DNA from: an uncultured Armatimonadetes bacterium
Lineage (GTDB): Bacteria > Armatimonadota > UBA5829 > DTJY01
Length of the DNA: 64,000 nucleotides
Assembly (NCBI GenBank): GCA_963717145.1
Contig: OY970325.1
Span: 544,001-608,000 of the forward strand
Direction of reading: 5' to 3'
Shown here: in pieces, positions 11,001 to 19,877 of the stretch
Layout: the number at the start of each line of letters is the position of its first letter
How positions within the stretch are numbered: position 1 is the stretch's first letter
Notes under the pieces: model-generated
Databases searched by the model: none
Seen by the model: the letters and a program-made list of their open reading frames with translations, nothing else
Told to the model about the DNA's origin: nothing
Position numbers and translations under genes: made by a program

Positions 11001-12356
11001 CCCGTTCTGTGCGTAGAAGTCCACATTGACGGTCTGAGGTCCCCAGACTCCGCCAAAGTTCGTGGCGGGGCTGTGAACGTAGGCGTCATTGCCGGTCTGG
11101 TCGAAGTACATCGATCCGTTCCAGTCGGCGCCGGTCCACCAGATCGCCGACGTGCTGTTGCCGGGAGTCCAGTAGTCATTGCCGCCACCGAACAGGTAAG
11201 GCGGATTGTAGTAGGTCGCGCCGTTCACGACTGAGATCATGTAGCCCCAGTCCCATCCGCCGCCTGGATCCCAGTGGGTCCCGCCGCAGACGCAGTTGTT
11301 GACGTCGACGTGCCCGCAGATACCCGGGGGGCAACCGTTATGCGCCTTCTGAATCCCCCAACTGTCGCAGATATCTCTGCACAGGAGTCCGACGGTATCG
11401 TAGAGCAACTGAGGGTGGCTCGGGGAACCGGCGTACCCCTCGTTCTCGATGCCGATCGCGCGGGAGTTCACGCAGCCCGCGTGCCATGCGCGGTACCACT
11501 CATCGACGCACTGCCATACTCCGCCGCCTTCCGATGTCACGTAGTGAGCGGACACCGAGGAGTTGCAGTTCTTGAACCATGAGCGGCATCCTGCGGCCGT
11601 TCCCTCGATAGTGTGGATGACGATGGTATCCTTCGAGGTTGAAGTGGCGGTGTAGTTGCAGGTAGCCGCTGCGTCCCACACGGCTGGACCGTACTGAGCG
11701 CTCATGGTTCCCGCCACCGCCGCTCCAGGCTCGAGGCTCTTCAGGTCCACCGATCCGATGGACTGCGCAGAGAAGCCGAACCCCTCTCCCTGGCTGTTCA
11801 CGTGTTCGAATCCGCGCTGCAGCTTCTGGAAGACTTCCATTGCGAACAGGCGGCTGTTCTCCTCATCCAGTCCCGCATACGAGATGACCGGATGGAGCCA
11901 CGCATCGATGCCGCCATCCCGGTTGATGCCCGCCGCGTTGGCGAACGAACTCAAGACCGCCGCTGCGGCATTGATATTGGCCTTGGGGTCGGTCTTGGTC
12001 GTCTCAGGCGATGCCCCGACCAGGGAAGCGCCTAGAACCAGGGTGTCCGATCCCAGGATATTGTCTCTGAGAGCCATGATCCCGTAGCCGCCCTCGATTG
12101 TGGGCGCGTCTCCCCGGTTCTCAAAGTTGCTTCCGAACCATCCGAGGGTGAGAAGCAGGTCAAGGGGAACGTTGTACTTCTTCGCCGCCGCCTTGAAGAT
12201 CGGGTTCAACTGGGTGCCCATTGCCAGTGGCTTGGCCACATTGGGATCTCCAGGTACTCTGGCGAGAGTTCCGCCCACCTCTGCGAATGCACAGCTCATC
12301 GCTGCGAGCAGGGCAAAGCCCAACAGCAGCGAGATGAGTGTCTTCGATCTTGCCAT
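8095..12356 (-). CDS. Multi-domain N-acetylmuramoyl-L-alanine amidase (lysozyme-like N-domain, Amidase_2, 2 Trp-rich repeats, 5 FN3, 2 golvesin-like domains); apparent frameshift near 8195
   Basis: IVIHTIEG, VSAHYV, AWHAG, IGIENEG, HWDPG amidase motifs; DTTAPSVPTGL FN3 repeats. The second golvesin-like domain ends correctly (YLKLGNGTG..VADGARFQQVSGD*, stop 8095) only after a frame change. AAAGGAG RBS before ATG 12356. Confidence 0.88.
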
Positions 12357-12615
12357 TGCTGAATCTCCTTTCGATTGCATACATTGGGTCATTCCTGGTG
12401 GTTGCGCCTCGATGAAGTCTCCGCTCTCTACCCCCCTTCCTGGAGACGTGACATGGGTCGAGGTCTTCTGTGATCAAGATGACCCTGTCTCGGTTGGTGG
12501 CCGAACCAGACTATTCCACCCGAACCTTAGCGGCCACGTCACAAGGCATGGTGGCTGCCTCTGACATGGCGGAATTGTGGATTGGAGCAGTGTTTCTAAG
12601 CGTTCGGGTTGGTTA
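12357..12615 (-). ncRNA. Putative structured 5' leader RNA (copy 1), family unassigned
   Basis: About 260 nt between the promoter and the ATG, shared with 14977-15230; complementary stems GGGTCAT/ATGACCC, CCTCGA/TCGAGG, GTCTCC/GGAGAC. Confidence 0.4.
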
Positions 12616-12620
12616 ACATC

Positions 12621-12649
12621 ATACTAATGCGGTGCGCCCCATATGTCAA
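12621..12649 (-). promoter_or_regulatory. Sigma70-type promoter of amidase 1
   Basis: TTGACA-17 bp-TAGTAT on the minus strand. Confidence 0.65.
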
Positions 12650-12721
12650 GTAGTGATTTTCGCGAGTTTCGCGATTTCGTGAACGAATGGAGGACGAGGC
12701 CGCGGGGAGTGGACAGAGAAC

Positions 12722-12758
12722 CGAGGGTCGGCGCTCAATGAGGAACGCCGACCCTCGA
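12722..12758 (-). terminator. Hairpin/terminator after amidase 2
   Basis: CGAGGGTCGGCG ... CGCCGACCCTCG inverted repeat just downstream of the stop. Confidence 0.55.
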
Positions 12759-12789
12759 TCTGTTACCCGAGTGTCTTCCCAGAGGAAGA

Positions 12790-14976
12790 TCAGCGCCGAA
12801 TCAACATGACGGCATCGGCGACCACTACCTTGCCAGTGGTGGTCCAGCAGGAGAGCTTGACGTTAGTGCTCACCGCGGCGAAGTTCCATGTGCCGAGGCT
12901 GTTCCACGTGCCCCCGCCGGTCTGCTGATTCCTGGTGACGATCTGACTCCCGCCATTGTAGTAGACCGTGTACGCGGCAGTCAGAGACCTGTTTGTTCCC
13001 GCAGTCCACCACGCGTAGACCTCATAGTTGTCAGCGGTCGGGATCGTGCAGTTCCACGTCGCCTGATCGCTGGTGGCGGCGGTGGGTCTGAACCGGTAGT
13101 TGGCTCCGTACTTGTCGGGCGCGGAAGTACCGGTCGACCAGTTCGCGGACGCGGTGAACCCGGTCTCGGCGTTGTCTACAATGATAACCGTGGACTCATT
13201 GACAGCCCCGCACTGTGCGGACTCATTGTTGGCTGCATCATATGCCGATACCGTGTACGAGTATGTAGTCCCCTCGGCCAGGCCGGCATCCGGGTAGCTG
13301 AGTCCCGACACGGAGGTCAGATACCCGCCGTTTCGGTAGATCTTGTACCCCGTCACGCCGACGTTATCCGTGGAAGCATTCCACGCGAGGTTGATCTGGC
13401 TCGTAGACTGAGCAACCGCTATGAGACCTGTAGGCACACTCGGAGGCGTAGTGTCCGCCCCGCCGGTGACCGTGATCCACCATGTAACGTCGCCGCCGAA
13501 CCATGTCACGCTTTCCTGGAGCGGCCGGTACTGCTCCGTGTAGTTACCGGGAGTCATTGGCGCTCTGAGAATGAATGTGAACCTGCCGACCTGACCGGTC
13601 GACACAGCGCTCTGGTCGACGTCGCTCGGGCGGCTGCAGGACAGCCAGTTGCCGTTCTCGAAGAACGGGCTGCAGCGATCCTGAGGGCCCTGAGTGCCGA
13701 GCCGTGTGCCGGCATGGCTCCAGGTTGCTGTCCCATCGTTCATGTATTCGGCCCATGCGATCGCGGTTGACCCGGCGACCATCGACGCGGGGTAAGACTG
13801 GCCGACGTAGTGAGCCGCATAGGACGGAGGAGGCGGAGCGCCTGCCACGACGCCGATGAAGTAGCCCCAGTCCCAGCCGCCGCCCGGATCCCAGTGCGTG
13901 CCGCCGCAGTGGCAGGCATTGGCATCGTTGTGGCCGAGGATTCCAGGGGCACAGCCGCGATGCTCTTTGGGAATACCCCAACTGTTGCAGATGTCTCGAG
14001 TGAGCAGTCCGCAAGCATCGTACAGACTCTGAGGGTGACTCGGTGAACCCGCATAGCCCTCATTCTCGATGCCGACAGAGCGGGGGTTCAGACAGCCCAC
14101 ATGCCATGCCCTGTACCACTCATCGACGCACTGCCAAACTCCACCGGCTTCCGAGACGACGTAGTGAGAGGAAACCTGGGAGGCGCAGTTCTTGAACCAC
14201 GACCGCGCGCCGGCCGCCGTTCCCTCGATAGTGTGGATGATGACGGTATCCTTCGAGGTGGAAGTGGCAGTGTAATTGCAGGTAGCCGCCGCGTCCCAGA
14301 CCGCAGGGCCATACTGAGCACTTTCGGCCGAGGCCAGCGCTGATCCAGGCTCCAGGCTCTTCAGGTTCACCGAGCCGATCGACTGGGATGAGAAGCCGAA
14401 GCCCTCCCCCTCGCTGTTCACGGCATCCAGCCCGCTGTTCAGTTTCTGGAATACTTCCATCGCGAACAGCCGGCTGTTCTCCTCATCCAGTCCCGCATAG
14501 GAGATGACCGGATGAAGCCACGCATCGATCCCGCCATCGCGGTTGATGCCCGCCGCGTTGGCGAACGAACTCAAGACCGCTGCTGCGGCATTGATATTGG
14601 CCTTGGGGTCGGTCTTGACCGTCTCCGCGGACTCTCCGATAAGAGAAGCGCCGAGAACCAGGGTGTCCGATCCCAGGATGTTGTCCCTCAGGGCCATGAT
14701 TCCGTAGCCGCCTTCGATCGTCGGCGCGTCGCCACGGTTCTCGAAGTTGCTTCCGAACCATCCCAGGGTGAGAAGCAGGTCAAGGGGAACGTTGTACTTC
14801 TTCGCTGCTGCCTTGAAGATCGGGTTCAACTGGGTACCCATGGGAAGGGGTTTCGCCACACTGGGATCTCCAGGTACTCTGGCGAGAGTTCCGCCCACCT
14901 CTGCGAATGCACAGCTCATCGCTGCGAGCAGGGCAAATCCCAGGAGCAGCGAGATGAGTGTCTTCGATCTTGCCAT
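12790..14976 (-). CDS. Paralogous N-acetylmuramoyl-L-alanine amidase (lysozyme-like N-domain, Amidase_2, NBR1-Ig-like, FN3, golvesin-like)
   Basis: N-terminal ~380 aa are highly similar to amidase 1; then YAAHYVGQSYP..NDGTATW..FTFILRAP..PGNYTEQY (NBR1-Ig-like), one FN3 and an IIVDN..VVADAV domain. Confidence 0.88.
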   Translation of the reverse strand: MARSKTLISLLLGFALLAAMSCAFAEVGGTLARVPGDPSVAKPLPMGTQLNPIFKAAAKKYNVPLDLLLTLGWFGSNFENRGDAPTIEGGYGIMALRDNILGSDTLVLGASLIGESAETVKTDPKANINAAAAVLSSFANAAGINRDGGIDAWLHPVISYAGLDEENSRLFAMEVFQKLNSGLDAVNSEGEGFGFSSQSIGSVNLKSLEPGSALASAESAQYGPAVWDAAATCNYTATSTSKDTVIIHTIEGTAAGARSWFKNCASQVSSHYVVSEAGGVWQCVDEWYRAWHVGCLNPRSVGIENEGYAGSPSHPQSLYDACGLLTRDICNSWGIPKEHRGCAPGILGHNDANACHCGGTHWDPGGGWDWGYFIGVVAGAPPPPSYAAHYVGQSYPASMVAGSTAIAWAEYMNDGTATWSHAGTRLGTQGPQDRCSPFFENGNWLSCSRPSDVDQSAVSTGQVGRFTFILRAPMTPGNYTEQYRPLQESVTWFGGDVTWWITVTGGADTTPPSVPTGLIAVAQSTSQINLAWNASTDNVGVTGYKIYRNGGYLTSVSGLSYPDAGLAEGTTYSYTVSAYDAANNESAQCGAVNESTVIIVDNAETGFTASANWSTGTSAPDKYGANYRFRPTAATSDQATWNCTIPTADNYEVYAWWTAGTNRSLTAAYTVYYNGGSQIVTRNQQTGGGTWNSLGTWNFAAVSTNVKLSCWTTTGKVVVADAVMLIRR

Positions 14977-15230
14977 TGCTGAATCTCCTTTCGATTGCAT
15001 ACATTAGGTCATTCCTGGTGGTTGCGCCTCGATGAAGTCTCCGCTTCTTACCTCCCTTCCTGGAGACGTGACATGGGTCGAGGTCTTCTGCAATCAGGAT
15101 GACCCTGTCTCGGTTGGTGGCCGAACCAAGCTTCTCAGCCTGAACCTTAGCGGCCATGCTGCTGACATGGTGGCTGTCAGTGGCACGACAAGAAGGTGGA
15201 CTGCTGAGCATTTCTAAGCGTCCAAGCTGA
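14977..15230 (-). ncRNA. Putative structured 5' leader RNA (copy 2), family unassigned
   Basis: Paralog of 12357-12615, with conserved blocks and divergent loops. Confidence 0.4.
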
Positions 15231-15237
15231 TATCGCC

Positions 15238-15266
15238 ATCATAATGCGGCGCTTCGAGGATGTCAA
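15238..15266 (-). promoter_or_regulatory. Sigma70-type promoter of amidase 2
   Basis: TTGACA-17 bp-TATGAT on the minus strand. Confidence 0.75.
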
Positions 15267-15270
15267 GCAC

Positions 15271-16398
15271 TTATTTTGCCTTTTTCCTCAGCGACAGCCC
15301 ATAGGCTCTTAGCTGCTCTGGGATGTCAACGATATCGGGGCATTCACCAAAGAGGTACGGGGAGCGGATATGACTACTGCCCACCAACCACGTGCCGCAG
15401 TTGTCGCAATAACCTAGTTCTCGATGATCCACGACAGTCGCTGTTCCCAATGCCTCATGTATGTAGAAATCCCCGATCTTCGCCCTACAGTGCCTGCAGT
15501 GATTCATCAGGTATCTTGATCTAACAGTGTGGCTGTAATCCAAGCGGATGTCTATGTGCCAATCACTCCTGAGTATGGTCGCCAGCGTCAGCCGCTTCCT
15601 AGACGGGATCTCGTCTGCTTCCTCACTCTCCGGTTGTATGGTAGCAATGGGTGTGGTACAGCCGCAGTTGTAGCACGAGTAGTCGGCGAGAACCTCCAGG
15701 GCAAAAGGGAAAAGCACTGAACCGCAGGCCTGGCACTGCGCGCGCGGGTCATCAGTAGTAGACGGAATCCGTCCACAGATGGCGAACGCCCTAGCGTGTC
15801 TCTCCATCAGACTCCTTCGCGCAGGACAGGTATGTGCTCCAGCCAATATTGCGGACAGAGTTATGCGGTCGATAATATCAGGTAGTTCCTCCCACGTTGG
15901 GCTGACAACGTAAACAGGCTTGTTCCATTCGCCCATGTAGTATGAAATGGCAGTATCCTCTGGAGCATGAGATACAACAACCTCTATGACAGCATGCGGA
16001 CTGCCGGAGGTATCCTTGAGTAGGATGTCGGGTATCACCGGCCCGATCTGCGTCTCTACCTCGATCTCGCCTGTCTCTACAATGAGATCAATCGCATGTG
16101 TGTCACGACAGTATGGGCACTTGTAGCTGGCGAGGAACGCGGGATGCGGGTTGATCTCAAGGCTTCGACGGAGGGCGCCAGCTATCATCTCTTTCGCGGC
16201 TTTGTGGAGCGCTGTTTCGCCCGAACACCTGCCATCATTGCTGTGAGCGAAATGCCAGATGCGTTCTTCTCCGCGTCTAGCGATCATGGGCTTGCCACAA
16301 CCAATACAGCGGAAGGGTCCGGTGGCACTGATATTATGCACCAGGGCTATCGTGCCATCTGGACTATAGGCTGCAGAATACACCGCCTTCTTCTTCAT
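15271..16398 (-). CDS. CoiA-like protein (Zn-ribbon + PD-(D/E)xK nuclease-like + C-terminal Zn fingers)
   Basis: CIGCGKPMIARRGEERIWHFAH..C..ETALH, PDILL..AVIEVVVSH and several CxxC pairs; lower GC than the neighbouring genes. Confidence 0.7.
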   Translation of the reverse strand: MKKKAVYSAAYSPDGTIALVHNISATGPFRCIGCGKPMIARRGEERIWHFAHSNDGRCSGETALHKAAKEMIAGALRRSLEINPHPAFLASYKCPYCRDTHAIDLIVETGEIEVETQIGPVIPDILLKDTSGSPHAVIEVVVSHAPEDTAISYYMGEWNKPVYVVSPTWEELPDIIDRITLSAILAGAHTCPARRSLMERHARAFAICGRIPSTTDDPRAQCQACGSVLFPFALEVLADYSCYNCGCTTPIATIQPESEEADEIPSRKRLTLATILRSDWHIDIRLDYSHTVRSRYLMNHCRHCRAKIGDFYIHEALGTATVVDHRELGYCDNCGTWLVGSSHIRSPYLFGECPDIVDIPEQLRAYGLSLRKKAK

Positions 16399-16471
16399 AG
16401 CCTAGCGCCTCGCCAAGTGCTTCATATAGCCTGTGCTCGATGCTCCCAGACCGTCAGATGATTGCTATCTG

Positions 16472-17644
16472 CTACTGACTCAGTTTCAGCAAGACTCCCT
16501 GTCCGGGAGCCAGGTAGTAGTAGAAGGGCGTCGTGTACGGCCGCAGTTTCCCGCTGATCGGATCGAGGTACTCCACCGACTTCACGGGCGCGTTGAACTC
16601 CGGCTGCACGGGTGACGAATGCTGGAGGTCCTTGTTCACGATCATCACCCAGCGCGAGCCGTCCTCATGGGTGAAGTCGCCTGCGATCCAGTTCACACCG
16701 TCCTTCATCGACTTCACGAGCGTCTTGTTGCTCGGGCCATGGTTCTTGTCCGGCACAGCCCCGAAGTGGTACACATCGTCCGATCGGAGCTTCAGGAGCG
16801 TCGGCCCCATGTTCAGTATCTGGCGGTTGATGTTTCTCAGCCAGTCCCAGACCTGCGTCTTCTCGCCGAACTGATCGAGCGGGCCCATGCGAAAGTTCCC
16901 GAGGTCGGGCGCGCCGACGATAGACCCGCTGTAGAACTTGTAGTAGCTCAATCCCTTGCATCCGTACACAAGCGAGCCGAACGTCTGCATCCGCAGGTCG
17001 GTCTGCGTCAACTCACGGTAATGCCAGTGGGGCGCGGTCAGGACGATGTTGTAGAACGGGAGGCCGTGTCTCAAGCCTGCCTCTCGGTAGCGGGCGATCG
17101 TCACCCAGAAGCCGTCGGAGAACCCACCGTCCGCCTGGATGGCGTAGAGGTCGTACGAGAGGATTGGCGGCTTGCAGATGACGCAGAAATCCTCGATGTA
17201 CTTGTCGTATGCATCACCACCGCCGGGCAAAAGGTTGATGTACGGCCACTTGCCGGGCGCTTCCTTCTTGACGAGTTCGACCGCCTTCGCTAGGGCAGGG
17301 TACTCGTCCGCACCCGGCTCGTCCTTGAGGTGATAGCCAAAGACCGCCGGGTGGTCTTTGGTCTGCTCGATCATCTTCGACACCGCCGGCAGGTCGGCGT
17401 AGGCATTGAAGTTGCCGTTGAAGACGATCGCCCGGATGCCGTGTTTGCTGCACGAATCGAGCATCTTCGGCGGCACGAATGCGACCATGTTGATCCCGCA
17501 GTCGGCCATCTTCTTCAAGGTGGCATCGTCGGTCGCGTAGTCCCACGCCATCAGCGGGAACAGCGGTTTCTTCTCAGCAGCACTTGCTCCTGTCATTGCC
17601 ATTACCCCCAGGATCAGTATCAGTGTGATCAGACTGTTCTTCAC
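16472..17644 (-). CDS. Secreted hypothetical protein, glycoside-hydrolase-like TIM barrel
   Basis: Signal peptide; HPAVFGYHLKDEP, YINLLP, LSYDLY, GCKGLSYY and a C-terminal LAPGQGVLL. Confidence 0.7.
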   Translation of the reverse strand: MKNSLITLILILGVMAMTGASAAEKKPLFPLMAWDYATDDATLKKMADCGINMVAFVPPKMLDSCSKHGIRAIVFNGNFNAYADLPAVSKMIEQTKDHPAVFGYHLKDEPGADEYPALAKAVELVKKEAPGKWPYINLLPGGGDAYDKYIEDFCVICKPPILSYDLYAIQADGGFSDGFWVTIARYREAGLRHGLPFYNIVLTAPHWHYRELTQTDLRMQTFGSLVYGCKGLSYYKFYSGSIVGAPDLGNFRMGPLDQFGEKTQVWDWLRNINRQILNMGPTLLKLRSDDVYHFGAVPDKNHGPSNKTLVKSMKDGVNWIAGDFTHEDGSRWVMIVNKDLQHSSPVQPEFNAPVKSVEYLDPISGKLRPYTTPFYYYLAPGQGVLLKLSQ

Positions 17645-18122
17645 TTGGGAACCCCTCCAAGTTATCCCGGCCTATTCGCTTTGCCACGGTGAACCCGTAG
17701 CACTTCCGGTCCCCGTTTGTGTATTCGAATCGGGCGAAGGTGAACCCCATCTTCCACCAGAGACGCAGCGCTTCGGTACGGATGCTCTCGCTCCATGCGC
17801 CGACCTGCTCGATGCCGTTTTCCCTCGCCCAGTCAATGACCGATGATATGAGCGCCTCCCCGATGCCCCGCCGCCGGTAGTCCTCCTCGACCTCGATAAT
17901 GGATATCCACGCTTCGTTCATGTCGTCGATGGGATCGGCGAGTGGACGCATCTTGGCGGAGATGACGCCAACGGGCCGGCCATCAGCGAGGGCCACGATC
18001 GAGCAGCAGTCGTTCCCCAGGGTGATGTGGTCGCCGGCGTTGGTCTGCCAGTCGCGCTGGATCGCCGCCTTTATCTCTGCTGTTGCCGGTAGGAGCTTGA
18101 TGTCCTCACTCATTGCACTCAC
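17574..18122 (-). CDS. GNAT-family N-acetyltransferase
   Basis: IEVEEDYRRRGIGEALI acetyl-CoA motif and LWWKMGF. The 3' end is uncertain because it overlaps the next gene by ~70 bp. Confidence 0.8.
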   Translation of the reverse strand: MSAMSEDIKLLPATAEIKAAIQRDWQTNAGDHITLGNDCCSIVALADGRPVGVISAKMRPLADPIDDMNEAWISIIEVEEDYRRRGIGEALISSVIDWARENGIEQVGAWSESIRTEALRLWWKMGFTFARFEYTNGDRKCYGFTVAKRIGRDNLEGFPSEEQSDHTDTDPGGNGNDRSKCC

Positions 18123-18125
18123 CGA

Positions 18126-19850
18126 TCATCGCCTCAGAACTCTCTGGATGGTATCGTCGATCCACTGCTCGTTCTTCGGGAAATCGGCGTAGCTCTTGAT
18201 ATCGGCGAGCATCGGATCGTCCGGCTTGATACCGGCGGTCTGCAGGATCGCGTAGTCCTGGAGCGACTCGGCGAAGATCTCCCAGCGGATCGAGTCGATC
18301 GGCTTCCCGTCTGCGCCGGGGTAGACCACGAACGGGTCGCCGGGCGGAATGGTCGGGTACCACTCGTTCGTCGCCGTCTTGAAGGGATCGATCAGCCGCT
18401 CCTGCTCCATCGCGTGCCAGTAGTTGTAGCCCCAGTGAAGGAATCCCTGCGCGCCGAGCCGGTAGAAGAGGAATCCCGACATACGAATCTTGGGCAGCGG
18501 AGTGTCGAGCAGGCGCTGGAGATACGCTCCCCGTGGCGCGCAGCAGAAGTAGACCCAATGGGGGATCTTCTCGTCGATATACGGCTGAGCGGCCGAGATG
18601 ATCGGGATCGGGATGTCGTTCAGGTGCTGGCGGCCGTACTCGATGCTGCTCAGCGCGTCCATGACCTTCCCCTTCATCCAGGGCGCGTTCTCATTGAGGA
18701 ATGCCCGCGCCTTCCCGTAGTTCTCCAGGTGCTTGCCTTCACCCGGCTCGTCGCTGATGTGGAAGAACGACTTGTCGAGCACGCCTTCCTTCACGAGAAA
18801 GTCGTGGAACTGCGGAAGGAACTGCTTGAGGAAGCTGTGGAAGACCGGGCCGTGGCCGTCGGAATCCGGCGGCCAGAGCATGACCGCCTTGCCGTCCACG
18901 TACTTGTACACGCGCACGGGGTTCTCCGCGCCCCAGTAGATCCAGAAGTGCGACCACTCGAAGTACTCGAATCCACACTCCCTCGAGAGCTTGACGAACT
19001 TGCTCACGTCGCTGAAATCGAACTCATACTTCCCGGGCGAGGGCTCGGTGACCTTGAGGAGTTGAGGCGGTCGCTCGAACGTCTCTCTCCGGGCGACCAG
19101 CAGCGGAACCGTGACGACGTTCGTGCCGTGATCGACCATGTTCTGGAGGTAGTTGCGGCTGATCTCCCAGGTCTTCGGGTCCTCATACCGGCCGGTCTTG
19201 TACCAGTCCCACAACGCCTCACCCCGATACCAGTGGATGACCGGGAAGTCGTGTCGCGGCTTGACGACGAACTTGCTGACGGTCAGGTTCGCGGTCAGGT
19301 CGGCTTTTTGTGTGCCGTCGTGGAAACTCCAGTGGACGTTCAGCGTCCGAAGTCCCGGCTTGGCGTCCGTGGGTACCTTGATCGTGACCCAGAACGCGCA
19401 GTTCTCATACGGCTGAACGGCCGCCGAGTTCTCCGGGAACAGCGGATCGGGCACGAAGCCGGGGATGAAGTCGCCGCCCTCCAATTCGGACGCATCGGTG
19501 TCGCTCGTGACGTGCTCCATCGGCACGTATCCGACCCGCCGCACCTGAATCTTGAGGTCGTCCGCGCCGGTCACGGTGCACGTCGGCTTCAACTCCCACG
19601 GGCGCTCGTTCCTAAGGCAGGCTTGAAACGAAGCCGTCCCGCTTCGCGGAACGATGACCGCGAGCGGCCCGGACGATCCCGGCTCGGACTTCGGATAGAC
19701 GCGCTTCAGGGAGCTTTCGAGCCAGAAGAGCACCTTCGGCCCCGGCTTCCCGTCAGGGAGGACGACGAGCGGTTCCTTCGCGACTGCAGGTAGTGCGAGC
19801 ATCAGAACGATGATTGTAACGATCAGTGTGGCTGTCGGCAGACTTGGCAT
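18126..19850 (-). CDS. DUF4091-domain / GH123-like glycoside hydrolase, secreted
   Basis: VPDPL, FHISDEP, WVYFCC, GFLHWGYNYW, PGDPFVVYPG, SIRWEIFAESLQDY. Confidence 0.82.
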   Translation of the reverse strand: MPSLPTATLIVTIIVLMLALPAVAKEPLVVLPDGKPGPKVLFWLESSLKRVYPKSEPGSSGPLAVIVPRSGTASFQACLRNERPWELKPTCTVTGADDLKIQVRRVGYVPMEHVTSDTDASELEGGDFIPGFVPDPLFPENSAAVQPYENCAFWVTIKVPTDAKPGLRTLNVHWSFHDGTQKADLTANLTVSKFVVKPRHDFPVIHWYRGEALWDWYKTGRYEDPKTWEISRNYLQNMVDHGTNVVTVPLLVARRETFERPPQLLKVTEPSPGKYEFDFSDVSKFVKLSRECGFEYFEWSHFWIYWGAENPVRVYKYVDGKAVMLWPPDSDGHGPVFHSFLKQFLPQFHDFLVKEGVLDKSFFHISDEPGEGKHLENYGKARAFLNENAPWMKGKVMDALSSIEYGRQHLNDIPIPIISAAQPYIDEKIPHWVYFCCAPRGAYLQRLLDTPLPKIRMSGFLFYRLGAQGFLHWGYNYWHAMEQERLIDPFKTATNEWYPTIPPGDPFVVYPGADGKPIDSIRWEIFAESLQDYAILQTAGIKPDDPMLADIKSYADFPKNEQWIDDTIQRVLRR

Positions 19851-19877
19851 TCGGTTGTGCTCCCTTCGGAATGGAAA

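Noticed and set aside
8076-15000. Diversity-generating retroelement or template/variable repeat between the amidase paralogs
   Set aside because: No reverse transcriptase in the window, and the differences are not adenine-specific.
12357-15230. Known c-di-AMP (ydaO), c-di-GMP or raiA RNA in the amidase leaders
   Set aside because: I could not match their consensus features by eye; kept as an unassigned candidate pending an Rfam search.
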